This document shows positions 41,765 to 52,877 of a stretch of DNA of 64,000 bases, one piece after another. The notes under the pieces were generated by a model that saw only the letters and a program-made list of their open reading frames with translations, ran no database searches and was not told the DNA's origin. This DNA comes from an uncultured Gemmatimonadales bacterium. Lineage in GTDB: Bacteria > Gemmatimonadota > Gemmatimonadetes > Longimicrobiales > RSA9. The DNA is taken from assembly GCA_963798085.1 (NCBI GenBank), contig CAWCRS010000003.1, positions 32,001 to 96,000 of the forward strand, given 5' to 3'. Both the position numbers and the translations under genes were made by a program. Numbering within the stretch: the stretch's first letter is position 1; each line of letters opens with the position of its first letter.

Positions 41765-43360
41765 ATGAGTCGCACCACGAGCATCGCGCTCGCCGCATTG
41801 CTGGCGGGCTGTTCATCGGCATCCTCATCGACCGCGCGCGCGCCCTCGCCTGGTTCTGCGGCGGACGGCGCCGTGCCAGACGTGGCGCTCATCCGCGAGA
41901 GCGACATCAAGAGCGACCTCTTCACACTGGCGAGTGACGCCATGCGCGGGCGCGAGGCGGGCACACTGGATGAGCTGCGCGCGTCGGGCTGGATCGTCGA
42001 GCGTCTGCGCGCGGCGGGCGTGCTGCCGGCAGGCGAGGACGACACGTACTACCAGTGGTTCCCGTTGCGCCGCACGCGTGAGTCGAGCAGCAGTCGGCTC
42101 GCGATCGATGGACAGCCGCTCACGCTGTGGCAGGACTACATGCTGAACGGCCGGTCGGAAGCCGACATCGATGCGCCCATCGTCTGGCTGGGCGATTCCG
42201 GCACCATGGATACGCTGAATGCGGCAGTAAGCGGCAAGGTCGCCGCCGTGCTGCTGAACAGTGCAGGCACGGCGCCGCCCGCGCAGCAGGCGCTGGCGGC
42301 GAGGCGCTTCGTGGGCGCGGCCGCCGGGCGTGTGGCGCGGCCGCTGCTGGCGCGCGGCGCGCTGGCTGTGCTGGTCGTCGCCGATGGGCCCGCCGATGCG
42401 CTCTTCGACCTGGGCGCGACGCAGAGCAATCGCGGCACGTTCACGGTGGACGTGGATGACGCGGTCTCGCGTGGCCGCGGGCGAGGTCAGGGCGGCGGCG
42501 GCCGTGGTGGTCAGGGTGGCGGACGCGGTGGACGAGGCGGCGCGGGCGGCGGTGGCGGCGATCAACCCGTGCTGGTGCTGCGCAATGCCTGGCTTTCGCG
42601 TGTCTCGGCAGGCCGGCAGCTCGAGGCGAGGCTCACGGTCGACGAATTCACGTATCCGTCGGTGAACATCATTGCCCGCGTGACCGGCACGGATCCGGCG
42701 CTGCGCAACGAGTACGTGCTGTTCAGCGCGCACCAGGATCATGATGGCGTGCGCGCGCCCATTGACGGCGACTCCATCTGGAACGGCGCCGATGATAACG
42801 CCAGTGTTGCGGTGGGCGTGCTGGCGATCGCGCGCGCCTGGGTGCGGCATCCCGGGCGGCGTTCCGCGCTCTTCGTGTGGCACGGGTCCGAGGAGAAGGG
42901 CCTGCTGGGCTCGCGCTGGCATGCGGCGCACCCGGTCGTGCCGCGCTCGAGCATCGTGGCCGTGCTGAATGGCGACATGATCGGTCGCAACAGTCCGGAC
43001 ACGGCGGCGCTCATGGGCTCGATCCCGCCGCATCGCAATTCCACGGACCTCGTGCGCATGGCCATCGACGCGAACAACCGTGTCAGCCATTTCGCGATCG
43101 ACAGCAGCTGGGACCGGCCCACGCACCCCGAGGGCTGGTATTTCCGGAGTGACCACCTGCCCTACGCACGCGACAGCATCCCGGCGCTGTTCTACAGCTC
43201 GAACCTGCACCCGGATTACCACACGCCGCGCGATGGCCCCGAGCGCATCGACATCAGCAAGCTCACGCGCATCGCGCGCTGGATGTATGCGACGGGCTGG
43301 ACCGTCGCGAACACGAACCAGCGGCCTCGCCTGGACGACGGGTTCCGACTGGAGCGCTGA
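41765..43360 (+). CDS. M28-family aminopeptidase lipoprotein
   Basis: LLAGC lipobox; GREAG, SAHQDH, NGADDNAS, EEKGLLGS, LNGDMIG, RSDH, DYHTP. Confidence 0.93.
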   Translation: MSRTTSIALAALLAGCSSASSSTARAPSPGSAADGAVPDVALIRESDIKSDLFTLASDAMRGREAGTLDELRASGWIVERLRAAGVLPAGEDDTYYQWFPLRRTRESSSSRLAIDGQPLTLWQDYMLNGRSEADIDAPIVWLGDSGTMDTLNAAVSGKVAAVLLNSAGTAPPAQQALAARRFVGAAAGRVARPLLARGALAVLVVADGPADALFDLGATQSNRGTFTVDVDDAVSRGRGRGQGGGGRGGQGGGRGGRGGAGGGGGDQPVLVLRNAWLSRVSAGRQLEARLTVDEFTYPSVNIIARVTGTDPALRNEYVLFSAHQDHDGVRAPIDGDSIWNGADDNASVAVGVLAIARAWVRHPGRRSALFVWHGSEEKGLLGSRWHAAHPVVPRSSIVAVLNGDMIGRNSPDTAALMGSIPPHRNSTDLVRMAIDANNRVSHFAIDSSWDRPTHPEGWYFRSDHLPYARDSIPALFYSSNLHPDYHTPRDGPERIDISKLTRIARWMYATGWTVANTNQRPRLDDGFRLER

Positions 43361-43578
43361 TCGGCTCGCCGGATTCCGTTGGCAACTTGACTGCCGGGAA
43401 CGAATTCGCTGAGCGCTGCGTATCGGGCTGACAACCCCGGCGCTGCTGGACACGCCGGTTGATCGACGCTCAGTCGTCGCCAGTTCCATGCGCGTACGGC
43501 ACGGGTCGCGTTATTATGCCCGGGACGCCAAGCGATGGTGCGGCGGCGTGGCCGAGGCCGGGATGAAAGGAGCGCAGT

Positions 43579-44334
43579 GTGGCCGGGAACCGGGGCAGGA
43601 GCGGCAGCAGGTCAGTGCGGTCTGCGAATCAGCGCGGCGCAACGAATCTCAGGGGCTTCTATGTGCTGCTCGCGACGATCGCGGTGGGCGGCCTCGGCTG
43701 GATTTCCTGGTCGGTGTCGCACCAGGCGCACACAGCCACGAAGCCCATCCAGCTCGACATCAAGGATTCGCAGGCTCTGTACGAGCAGGCGAAGGGTGAG
43801 CACCAGGGCAAGGAGGATGCGCCCGTGCAGGTGCTGCTGTTCAGCGCATTCACCTGTCCGCACTGTGCGGAGTTCAGCTCGTTGATCGAGCCGCAGCTCA
43901 AGGCCGATTTCATCGACACGGGCAAGGCCCGGCTGGTCTACTACGATTTCCCGCTGGGTGAGACCGGCCCGCACCGCTACGGCTTCATTGCCGCGCGTGC
44001 GGCCCGGTGCGCGGGCGACCAGAACAAGTTCTGGGAGTACCACGACGTGCTGCTGGGCCGGCAGAGCGACTGGGTGGCGAACCGTTCCATGCCCACCGCG
44101 AAGTTCAACGACTACGCGAAGCTCGTCGGACTCGATCTGAAGCAGTTCGATCAGTGCCTGAACAGCGACAAGTACGCGGATGTGGTCACGGCCGACCGCA
44201 TGCTGGGTGAGAAGCTGGGCGTACCGGGCACGCCCACCGTGTTCATCGGCAGCCGTTCCATCGAGTACTGGTCTTCCTATGACTCGGTCAAGGCCGCGAT
44301 CAACCGCGAGCTGGGCGGCAGCGGGGGCAACTAA
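43579..44334 (+). CDS. DsbA-family thioredoxin-fold oxidoreductase
   Basis: N-terminal TM, CPHC, DFPL, GTPT. Confidence 0.92.
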   Translation: MAGNRGRSGSRSVRSANQRGATNLRGFYVLLATIAVGGLGWISWSVSHQAHTATKPIQLDIKDSQALYEQAKGEHQGKEDAPVQVLLFSAFTCPHCAEFSSLIEPQLKADFIDTGKARLVYYDFPLGETGPHRYGFIAARAARCAGDQNKFWEYHDVLLGRQSDWVANRSMPTAKFNDYAKLVGLDLKQFDQCLNSDKYADVVTADRMLGEKLGVPGTPTVFIGSRSIEYWSSYDSVKAAINRELGGSGGN

Positions 44335-44371
44335 CAGCCGGTTCGCTGACGCCGGGGCCGCAACGCCCGCA

Positions 44372-45373
44372 ATGCGTCCGCGATGCCGGGGTCGCGCCGC
44401 CGGCATTGCGGCACTGGTTCTGGCGTTGGCCGCGGCCTGCGGTGGTGGCACCATGACACCCGCGGACCCGACGCTGAACGGGGTGGGCAGCGGGCCGTTC
44501 ATCCTGCGCGTGTCTCCCATCGCGCTCGATCGCATTCTCGCGATACAGCCGCTGGGCAATCTCAACCCGCCGGGTCATACGCTGCCGACGGACCACATCT
44601 ACTTCTCGTTCGCGGATCCGACCGCGGGCGAGTCGCCTGTCGACAAGCGCACCGACTTCTTCGCGCCCGCTGACGGCACCGTGTTCTCCGTGATCGACAA
44701 TGGCCTGGGCCTGGACCGCAAGGTCACGTTTCGCGGAACCACGCGCGTGCTCTACTACATCGATCACCTCATACCGAGCGTGCCATTGAGCACGGGGACG
44801 CGCGTGCACGCGGGGGATCGCCTGGGCACCACCGGCTCCGTCTACGCCATTGATCTCGGCGTCATCAACGCAGACACGACGCTGACAGGCTTCGTGAACC
44901 TGGCGCGCTATCCCGGCATGGAACACACGGACGCACCGCTCAGGCACTACGAGGAGCCGGTGCGCAGCCAGCTGTACGCGAAGGTGCGGCGACTGGGGCC
45001 TGACCTGGATGGCAGGATCGACTTCGACATTCCCTGCCGACTGAGCGGCAACTGGTTCGGCGAGACCGATCAGGCGCCGCTGGTCTTCGTGTACGACAGC
45101 TACGATCCCACCGTCGTGCGAATCGCGATGGCCAGTGGCCTGCGGCTGGCGCCCGCCGTGCTCGGCATCGCCGCAACCGACCCCCCGCCCCGCGACGTGT
45201 CTGTCGCCAGCGGCAAGGTGACCTACACGATCACGCGCTACGGTGCCCCTCTGCCGAGCGGACACATGCTCGTGCAGATGCTCGACGACCAGCGCATCCG
45301 CGTGGAAGTCTTCACGCCCATCACGGCCGCCGCCACCGACTTCACCTCAGCCTCCAGACTCTTCCTCCGTTAG
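44372..45373 (+). CDS. Hypothetical lipoprotein with M23-like (rudiment hybrid) region
   Basis: LAAAC lipobox; PTDHIY, FAPADGTV, IDHL, VHAGDRLG. Confidence 0.7.
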   Translation: MRPRCRGRAAGIAALVLALAAACGGGTMTPADPTLNGVGSGPFILRVSPIALDRILAIQPLGNLNPPGHTLPTDHIYFSFADPTAGESPVDKRTDFFAPADGTVFSVIDNGLGLDRKVTFRGTTRVLYYIDHLIPSVPLSTGTRVHAGDRLGTTGSVYAIDLGVINADTTLTGFVNLARYPGMEHTDAPLRHYEEPVRSQLYAKVRRLGPDLDGRIDFDIPCRLSGNWFGETDQAPLVFVYDSYDPTVVRIAMASGLRLAPAVLGIAATDPPPRDVSVASGKVTYTITRYGAPLPSGHMLVQMLDDQRIRVEVFTPITAAATDFTSASRLFLR

Positions 45374-45378
45374 GCCTC

Positions 45379-45690
45379 TTCACCGCAGAGCGCGCGCAGT
45401 GCGCGGAGAGCCTTCGGGAGGGGGCTCGGCGTTCTCCTTGCTTGTGCAATGCGCCGCCATGGCGTACGAATCCCGCGTGATTGTGGTATCTCCCCATCCA
45501 CGATGGTAATCTGATCGCATTGAGCATTGGACGGTCAGGGAAGCATGAATGCGTGTTCAACATTGGCGGAACAACGCCGCCTCCGGACCCCCCGCGCCCT
45601 CCGCGTCCTCCGCGGTGAACGGTTGAATTCGTTATCCGTACCAACAAAGAAACCCGTCCTCCGCGCCTTCCCCGCCCTCTGCGTTGGATG
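45379..45690. repeat. Intergenic REP-like repeats, family A, inverted arrangement
   Basis: TTCACCGCAGAG at 45379 faces CTCCGCGGTGAA near 45608; CCTCCGCG repeats. Confidence 0.55.
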
Positions 45691-46000
45691 CTCTTGTTGT
45701 TGATGGCGTGGCCTGCGAGTGGAGTGCGGGCGCAGGAGACGCGCAGGGTGGATATGCGGGGGCAGGTGCCGGCGGAGCGGCGAACTCTGCATTCGCCGCC
45801 GTGGCGCGTGGGTGCATCCCACACTCCATGTGGACGATGCGTCCTACTTCGGTGGCATCAACGCACTGATGGGCTGGCCACCGCAGACCCTCTACCTGAT
45901 CGAGGTCTACGCCTCCGGCCTGAGCATTCGAGTCTACACCCGGAATTACGTCCAGCTCCTGGCCATGGGTCGCACCACGCTGCCCGTGATCATTCACTGA
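45688..46000 (+). pseudogene. Internally deleted remnant of a secreted protein gene
   Basis: Signal-like MLLLLMAWPASGVRAQ..RGQV in one frame; protein-like C-terminus LYLIEVYASGLSIRVYT in another. Confidence 0.4.
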
Positions 46001-46209
46001 CTGTGTGACTGGTCGAACACGCAGTTATTGCCGCAGCCCGCCACCCGCGCCGTTCCTCAGTTCCCAGTAAACCTGGAAGGCAGCAGAACCGGCAATAGCC
46101 GTTCGTTCGACCTCCCCTGAATTGGCCCGCGGCTGGAACGGTGGGCCGGGCGGGACGCGCCCGAGCAACCAGCCCGAGCCCCCGCCCCGGAAACGCAGTC
46201 ACGGTCCGC

Positions 46210-48846
46210 CTAGAATTCCCATTGCAGCCCGAACGACGGTATGCGCGGCAGCAGGCTGTCGATGTTCTGGCCGTAGACGGGCGGGCTGTTGCGCGAGATG
46301 TACACGGACTTGCTGATGGAGCGGGCGTTCTCGCGGTCGTAGAGGTTGAAGATGTCGATGAAGAAGAGGAAGCGGCCTCGCCGTGTCTGAGCGACGTGGC
46401 CCACGCGGATGTCCATGCGGTGGTATGCGGGCAGCCGGTCGGTGTTGTAGGGGCCCCAGACGTCACTGACGTAAATGGAATTGCCGATCGTGTCGAGGCG
46501 CAGCGTCTCGGGCGTGTTGGGCCAGCCTGTGTGATACTGCCAGGCGGCGCCGAAGCGCCAGCGGTTGCGCGTGGTCCAGGTCAGGTCCAGTGCGAAGGTG
46601 TGACGCTGGTCACGCGGGCGGGGCGTCCAGACGCCATTGATGCGCTCCTTCGTCGAGGCGAGCGCGTACGTGACGGCCCACTCGAGCCCCAGTGAGACGC
46701 GGTGCCTGGCCATTAGCTCCACTCCGCGCGCGTAGCCACGATCCGCCGCGACAAGGACACGCGTGTCGGTCAGCTCCGGGAAGAGATCGCCGGCACTGAT
46801 CAGGTTCGTGTAGATCGGGCGCAGGTGCGTGAGCACTTCATCGTATCCCTCGGCGCGCACCTCCAGGCCGAACGGGAAGCTGTGCTCGATGCCGACAACA
46901 CGGTGTTCGGCGTGTTCCGCGTGGTCGAAATGCGTGACACCGTCCTGGGTCTGAAGTTCGTGAATGCCCTCCGCCTGCAGGTAGCGGCCCCATGCCGCGC
47001 GGATGGTCGTGGCGTGCCCCAGGTTGAGCGCGCCATTCAGGCGGGGGCTGAGCTGGTGATCGCCGGTCCAGCTGTGCCGGTCCCAGCGTCCGCCCAGCTC
47101 GACGGTCAACGGGCCGACCGGCCGCAGGCGCGCGGTCAGCCACGCGCCATTATAGGCTCCCTCCGGCGAAGCGGCCGCCGTGACCGTGTCGACCCTGACC
47201 AGAATCTGGTCATCGACGATGTCGCGCCGCTCGACCTGTCCGTCGTAGTCGTAGTCCGCAGACTGGCTCTTCAGGTCCAGGCCCCACGTGAACAACAGGC
47301 GGTTAGACGCTTCCAGCTGCCAGTCCTGGCGCAACCCGAACAGGCTCATGCTGCGCACGTCCGCGACGTCCAGCGAACCCCGGGCCAGGGGATTGGAGCG
47401 GTGGCCTTCACGGTTCCACGTGAGGCGTGCCGCGGACGCGACGAAGCTGGCCGACAGCCCTGCCGCGGGACGGCCATCGAGACGCAGCCAGCCGTAGCTG
47501 CTGCCGTAACGGCTGTCCAGGTCCAGTTCGGTGCCGTCTTCGTGGTAGTGCAGTCGGTCGTTGGCCTGCAGCCCGTGCGCCGAGAGCAGCCAGCCGTGGC
47601 CCAGCTCGTACTCGACCTTGCCCAGCACATCGTAGTAGACAGGATCGATGCGGTCCGTGGCGTTGCCCAGCTTCAGGGCGAGGTCGAGGTAGCCGCGTCT
47701 GGCCGTGAGCAGCCAGCGCCCGCGCCCGCCGCCGAAAGCACCGCGCGACCCGAACCGCAGGTTAGTCAGGGACACGCCGAGCGTGGTGCGCGCCGGCCCG
47801 GGCGGTACACTGCTCGTGCGCATGTCGAACACGCCGGCGAGCCGGTCGCCGTATTCCGCGCCGAAGCCGCCGGTCATCAATTCCACGCCACCCATGGCAT
47901 CGAGATCCACAATGGAGAGCGCCGCGTCCACATCCTTCAGATGGAACGGCTCGACCAGGTCGACGCCATCCAGTCGCAGCAGGACCTCGCGATTCGTGCT
48001 GCCGCGCACACCGAACGCGGCCGAGAGATCGCTGCCGGCCACACCCGGCAGGCGGGTGATCGCGCGGAACACATCCTCGCCGATCTGGGGCGACGTCTCG
48101 ATCTCGGTGCGCGTCAGGCTCTGGCGCGAGGCCGTGCTCTCCTCGAGCACGCCGAACGTGCCGGGTGAGACCACCACGGCGGCCAGCGGTGTGGGCACCG
48201 GCTGCAGCTCGATGATCAGTGGCATGGTGTCGGCGGCATCCACGGTGAGCTGCCGGTCGGCATACCCGAAGCGGTGCACTGACAGCGTGTGAGTGCCGGG
48301 CGGCACGCCGGTCAGCTGGAAACGACCCGCGCGATCCGTCAGCACGCGACGAGGCGGATTGTCGAGCGACACGTCGGCTTCGACCACGGGCTCGTTCTTG
48401 CCGGCTTCGTGCACAGTTCCGTTGATGCTGGCCGCTTCTTCCCGGCCGGCGCGACGCACGAGCACGGCCTGGCCCTGCAGCGAAACCAGCACCTCGAGGC
48501 CGGAACCGCGCAGCAGACGGAGCAGCGCCTGCGCCGCGCTGCCCGAGTCGCGCACCGTGATGCGTCGATCCAGACCGGGCAGCTCGGCATCGAACACGAG
48601 ACCCAGGCCGGCCTGCTGCTGGATGGAGCGGACAATGTCGGCCAGCGTGGCTTCCTGTACATCAATGTGCACCGGACGCTGCAGCGCGGGCACGCCGTTG
48701 CCGTCGTTGCGCAGGGTTACGTACTGCGCGTTCGCCGGCTGCGCGCCGGACTGGCGCTGCGCCGCTGCGGGTCTTGCAAAGAGGGTGTTAGAGCAGGCCA
48801 GTGCCAGCAGTGTGAATCGGCGAAGCGGGCGGCAAGCGCGCGGCAT
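46210..48846 (-). CDS. TonB-dependent receptor with N-terminal signalling (STN-like) and carboxypeptidase-regulatory-like domains
   Basis: Signal peptide; TDRAGRF..VPPG; plug RLPGV..VRG, GGFGAEYG; C-terminal LQWEF. Confidence 0.92.
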   Translation of the reverse strand: MPRACRPLRRFTLLALACSNTLFARPAAAQRQSGAQPANAQYVTLRNDGNGVPALQRPVHIDVQEATLADIVRSIQQQAGLGLVFDAELPGLDRRITVRDSGSAAQALLRLLRGSGLEVLVSLQGQAVLVRRAGREEAASINGTVHEAGKNEPVVEADVSLDNPPRRVLTDRAGRFQLTGVPPGTHTLSVHRFGYADRQLTVDAADTMPLIIELQPVPTPLAAVVVSPGTFGVLEESTASRQSLTRTEIETSPQIGEDVFRAITRLPGVAGSDLSAAFGVRGSTNREVLLRLDGVDLVEPFHLKDVDAALSIVDLDAMGGVELMTGGFGAEYGDRLAGVFDMRTSSVPPGPARTTLGVSLTNLRFGSRGAFGGGRGRWLLTARRGYLDLALKLGNATDRIDPVYYDVLGKVEYELGHGWLLSAHGLQANDRLHYHEDGTELDLDSRYGSSYGWLRLDGRPAAGLSASFVASAARLTWNREGHRSNPLARGSLDVADVRSMSLFGLRQDWQLEASNRLLFTWGLDLKSQSADYDYDGQVERRDIVDDQILVRVDTVTAAASPEGAYNGAWLTARLRPVGPLTVELGGRWDRHSWTGDHQLSPRLNGALNLGHATTIRAAWGRYLQAEGIHELQTQDGVTHFDHAEHAEHRVVGIEHSFPFGLEVRAEGYDEVLTHLRPIYTNLISAGDLFPELTDTRVLVAADRGYARGVELMARHRVSLGLEWAVTYALASTKERINGVWTPRPRDQRHTFALDLTWTTRNRWRFGAAWQYHTGWPNTPETLRLDTIGNSIYVSDVWGPYNTDRLPAYHRMDIRVGHVAQTRRGRFLFFIDIFNLYDRENARSISKSVYISRNSPPVYGQNIDSLLPRIPSFGLQWEF

Positions 48847-48874
48847 GCGTTACGGCTCCGGGCGGTCCGGTGAT

Positions 48875-49906
48875 TCAGTGCGGCGAGGGCAGGAGCACCC
48901 AGGCACTGTCCCGGTGCTCGTAGCGCACGCCGAGGGAAAGAGAAAGCGCGTCCAGCACGGCGTTCATGGAGCTGGCCGTGAAGCGGCCGGACACGTGGCG
49001 GCTCCGCAGTGTGCTGTCGGACAGCTGGACAGCGACGCCGAACCAGCGGCTCAGCTCGCGCACGACCTCGCCGAGCGACGCGTTATCGAAGTCGAGAAAG
49101 CCATCGAGCCAGGCCAGACGGGCCCGCACGTCACCGGAGATCTGCGTAGAACCATCGGGCGCCACGCGACCCACCTGGCCCGCGACCAGCACGGTCCGCG
49201 CGCCGGGCGAGTCCGGGAGCAGCGCCACCCGCCCGCGCAGGACGGCCACTTCGAGGGGCAGATCGGGAGCGACGACGCGCACGCTGAATTCCGTGCCCAG
49301 GTCTTCGATCACCGCGCGCTCCGTCTGCACGCGGAACGGCCGGGCTGCGTCGTGCGTAACGCGGAAGAAGGCCTGGCCCTGGAGCCGCACGCGGCGTTCA
49401 ATCGTGCCGAAGCCGGCCGCCAGTTCGAGGTGCGAGGCCGGCGCCAGCACCACGTCGCTGCCATCGACCAGGCGCAGCGTGTCCCGGTGACCGGGCGGGG
49501 TCACAAACACCGTGTTCAGCGCCATCGCCGCCGGCGCCGGGTGGCGCAGCAGCCGCCAGGCGGCCAGCGAGCCCATGGCCAGTGTCGCGACGACCGCGGC
49601 AATGCGCAGCCATGCCGCGGGCGAGAGCGCTGGACGACGCCGCGGGGTCAGCGGAATCGGAGCAGACCTGGACGCGGCATCGTCGCCTGCAATCCGTTGC
49701 TGCAGCCGTACCCACGCGGCACTGGTGTTCCACGCCGGGCGGTCCGCTTGCAGCGAGGCGCGCAGCGACTCGAGCAGCGCACTGCGCCCCGGATCCGCGC
49801 GCAGCCAGGCCTCGACGCGGGCGCGCTCTTCAGGTGCGCTCTCCCCCGCGAGGTAACGGTCCAGGCTGGACCAGATGTCGGCGTTGCCGGAGTCGTGAGT
49901 CGTCAT
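48875..49906 (-). CDS. FecR-family anti-sigma factor
   Basis: TM; LVDGSDVVL, GQAFFRV, DLGTEFSV, AWLDG, LSRWFGV. Confidence 0.92.
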   Translation of the reverse strand: MTTHDSGNADIWSSLDRYLAGESAPEERARVEAWLRADPGRSALLESLRASLQADRPAWNTSAAWVRLQQRIAGDDAASRSAPIPLTPRRRPALSPAAWLRIAAVVATLAMGSLAAWRLLRHPAPAAMALNTVFVTPPGHRDTLRLVDGSDVVLAPASHLELAAGFGTIERRVRLQGQAFFRVTHDAARPFRVQTERAVIEDLGTEFSVRVVAPDLPLEVAVLRGRVALLPDSPGARTVLVAGQVGRVAPDGSTQISGDVRARLAWLDGFLDFDNASLGEVVRELSRWFGVAVQLSDSTLRSRHVSGRFTASSMNAVLDALSLSLGVRYEHRDSAWVLLPSPH

Positions 49907-49963
49907 GGCTGTACCTGTGACAGGCGGTGTGCGGTTTTCCCCCCAGCGCCCGGGCACCGGGGT

Positions 49964-50539
49964 TCAGCGGGGCAGGCCGGAAAGCTGGTCGCGCAGGGCA
50001 CGCAGGCCGCGCGTGATGTGGTTTTCCACGGCTTTGCGCGTGATGCCGAGGGCGGCCGCGATCTCGAGCTGACTCATGCCGTGCAGCCAACGCAGTGTTA
50101 TCACTTCGCGGCAGCGCGCAGGCAGGCGGGCCAGCGCCTCGCGTACGCGCACGCTCGTCTCTGCTGTCTCCAGGCGCTGCAGTGCATCCGGCTCGTCACC
50201 CGCGGAACCGTCGGCTGTGGCGTCGTCCGTGACATGGTCGATCGTCTGCTGCCCACGGCTGCGCTGCAGGTGGTTGAAGGCACGGTTGCGGACGGCGCCG
50301 TACAGGTAGGCACGCAGCGAGGACGTGATGTGCAGCGCTTCGCGTGTACGCCAAATGCCGGCAAAGACGTCCTGCACGATCTCTTCGGCGACGTCGGGCG
50401 CGTGCACGAGCGCATCGGCAAAGGTGCAGAGGCGGGCGTGGTACTCGCGGAAGATGGCCTCGAATGCCGCAGCATCGCCTGCGCGCAGGCGACCCACGCG
50501 GTCGGCGTCGCGCTCGGTGGGGGACGGCGTCAATCCCAT
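49964..50539 (-). CDS. ECF sigma-70 factor (FecI-type context)
   Basis: AEEIVQDVF, YLYGAVRNRAFN, EIAAALGITRKAVENHITR. Confidence 0.93.
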   Translation of the reverse strand: MGLTPSPTERDADRVGRLRAGDAAAFEAIFREYHARLCTFADALVHAPDVAEEIVQDVFAGIWRTREALHITSSLRAYLYGAVRNRAFNHLQRSRGQQTIDHVTDDATADGSAGDEPDALQRLETAETSVRVREALARLPARCREVITLRWLHGMSQLEIAAALGITRKAVENHITRGLRALRDQLSGLPR

Positions 50540-50805
50540 GGCGTCATTTCCTGTGCGCGCGGCGGTGCGACGTCCCGCACGTTAACGCCCCCATACCAAT
50601 TGCGTGAGTCCGCGCGAGGGCAGGGGCCGCGCCGGCGAGGCAGATAACGGGAGGCGAGGGATGAACGCACCCGGCGGAGTGGCTGCGGCACCACTGTTGC
50701 CGGCCTCGCCGCCCGCCTATTCTTGGGTCGGGACGCGAGCGGCGCAGACGCGCGCCGGGACTCGCCTTGAATCAATAGCGACCCTTCGAGTGATCGGCCT
50801 TCGTC

Positions 50806-52603
50806 ATGCGACCGACCGACGTCAACAATCCCGCATACTACCATCGCGTTGTGGACTGCCAGTGGGGCTGCCCGGCGCACACCAATGTGCCCGAGTACAT
50901 CCGCATGATCGCGCAGGGCCGCTACAGCGACGCCTACATGCTGAACCGGGAGTCGAATGTCGTTCCCGGGCATCCTCGGCCGCACGTGCGACCGGCCGTG
51001 CGAGCCGGCCTGCCGCCGCAGGCGCGTGGACGGCAAGCCGGTCGCCATCTGCCGCCTGAAACGCGTGGCCGCCGATCTGCGCGACGACATCACCGAACGC
51101 CTGCCGAAGGCGGCGGCACTGAGGAACGGCAAACGCATCGCGTGCGTCGGCGCCGGTCCGGCATCGCTCACGGTGGCGAACGACCTCATGCCGCTGGGCT
51201 ACGAGGTCACGATATTCGAAAAGCTGGCGAAGCCGGGCGGTCTGATGCGCATCAACATCCCGGCCTTCCGCCTGCCCGCCAGCGTGCTCGACGAAGAGAT
51301 CGACTACATCGTACGACATGGGCGTCGACGTACGCTACAACTCGCCCGTCAACGAGCATGCGTGATCTCCTGACACAGGGTTACGACGCGGTGTTCGTCG
51401 GCAGCGGCGCGCCCAAAGGCAAGGAACTGGAATCTGCCGGGCCGTCACGACACGGACCGCATTCCCATCGGCATCGAGTGGCTCGAGTCCGTGCACTTCG
51501 GGCACATCGACAGGATCGGCGAGCGCGTGCTGATCATCGGCGTGGGCAACACCGCGATGGATTGCTGCCGCACGTCCAAGCGTCTGGGCGGCAGGGACGT
51601 GAAGGTCATGGCGCGGCGGCGCACGCAGGCATTTCAAGGCGTCGCCGTGGGAGCTGGAGGATGCGGAGGAGGAGGGCGTCGAGATTGTCGAGAACCACGC
51701 GCCCACGCCGGTTCGTGATCGAGAGCGGCAAGCTGATCGGCATGGAGTTCGACCGCGTCGAGTGGTACGAAGAGAACGGCAAGCAGAGAGTCGCACGTCT
51801 CGAAACACTGCTGTTCCCCTGCGATGACGTGATCCTGGCGATCGGCCAGGAGAACGCGTTCCCGTGGATCGAGCGCGACATCGGCATCGAGTTCGACGAG
51901 TGGGACATGCCGCGTGGTCGACAAGAACACGTTCAAGTGCACAGTGCCGGGCGTGTTCTTCGGCGGCGATGCGGCGTGGGGACCGGAGAACATCATCTGG
52001 GCCGTGGAGCACGGGCACCAGGCGGCGATCTCCATCCACAATCACTGCCAGGGCATTCGCCGGTCACCGAGCGGCCCGCCGGGGCATGAACCTGCGTCTG
52101 CGACCAAGATGGGCATGCACGCAGTGGAGCTACAGCAACAACTACGACCACTCGCAGCGCGCCAGAAGATGACGCACGTCGACCTGACGGAGCGCATGCG
52201 CGCGCTGAACATCGGAAGTCGAGCTGGGCTTCACCGCGGAGCAGACCGCGCACGAAGTCAGCGCTGCCTGAACTGCGACGTGCAGACGCACTTCACCACC
52301 GAGCTGTGCATTGAATGCGACGCGTGCATCGATGTCTGTCCGGTGGATTGCCTGACCATCACGGGCAATGCGGAGGAGCCGAGCCCTGCGCCACCATCTG
52401 ACGGCGCCGACGAAGCATCCCGGATCAGCTGCTGTACGTGTCGTCGGACGCTGCCGCAGACGGCGCGCGTGATGGTGAAGGACGAGGATCTCTGCCTGCA
52501 CTGCGGCCTGTGCGCGGAGCGCTGCCCGACCGCTGCGTGGGACATGCGGAAATTCGAGCTGCTGATTCCGTATGCGGGGGCGGGGGCGGGAGTGGCGGTT
52601 TAG
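50806..52603 (+). CDS. GltD-like FAD/NAD(P) oxidoreductase with C-terminal 2x[4Fe-4S] domain; many frameshifts
   Basis: CQWGCPAH, GRTCDRPCEPAC, VGAGPA, GVGNTAMD, CIECDACIDVCP, CLHCGLCAERCP, spread across frames. Confidence 0.88.
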
Positions 52604-52606
52604 GCT

Positions 52607-52867
52607 CGGACCGTCTTGGCGTTCTTGGGTTTGCCTCCGAACACCATGGGGCAGCGGCAAGAGCGTCCCGGAAGGCCATGCCTGCTCCCCGGGCCACCAT
52701 GGATGCCGGGCTGGAGCCGGCCACACTATGAGTGAGGCGGTGTCGGTGGGGTGGGCCGGCACCCGCCAGGCCGGCGAATCCCCGCCCAATGTCCGATCGT
52801 CACATGAATGAAGCGAGTTTCTTCGATTTCTGGATGGCGCACAAGGAAAGAACGCCAAGACGGTCCG
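52607..52867. mobile_element. 261-bp MITE/REPIN-like unit with perfect 20-bp terminal inverted repeats
   Basis: CGGACCGTCTTGGCGTTCTT (52607-52626) and AAGAACGCCAAGACGGTCCG (52848-52867). Confidence 0.6.
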
Positions 52868-52877
52868 GAACGAAAGC

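Noticed and set aside
46210..50539. ECF-FecR-TonB receptor cluster as a novel system
   Set aside because: Standard cell-surface signalling architecture; only the ligand is unknown.
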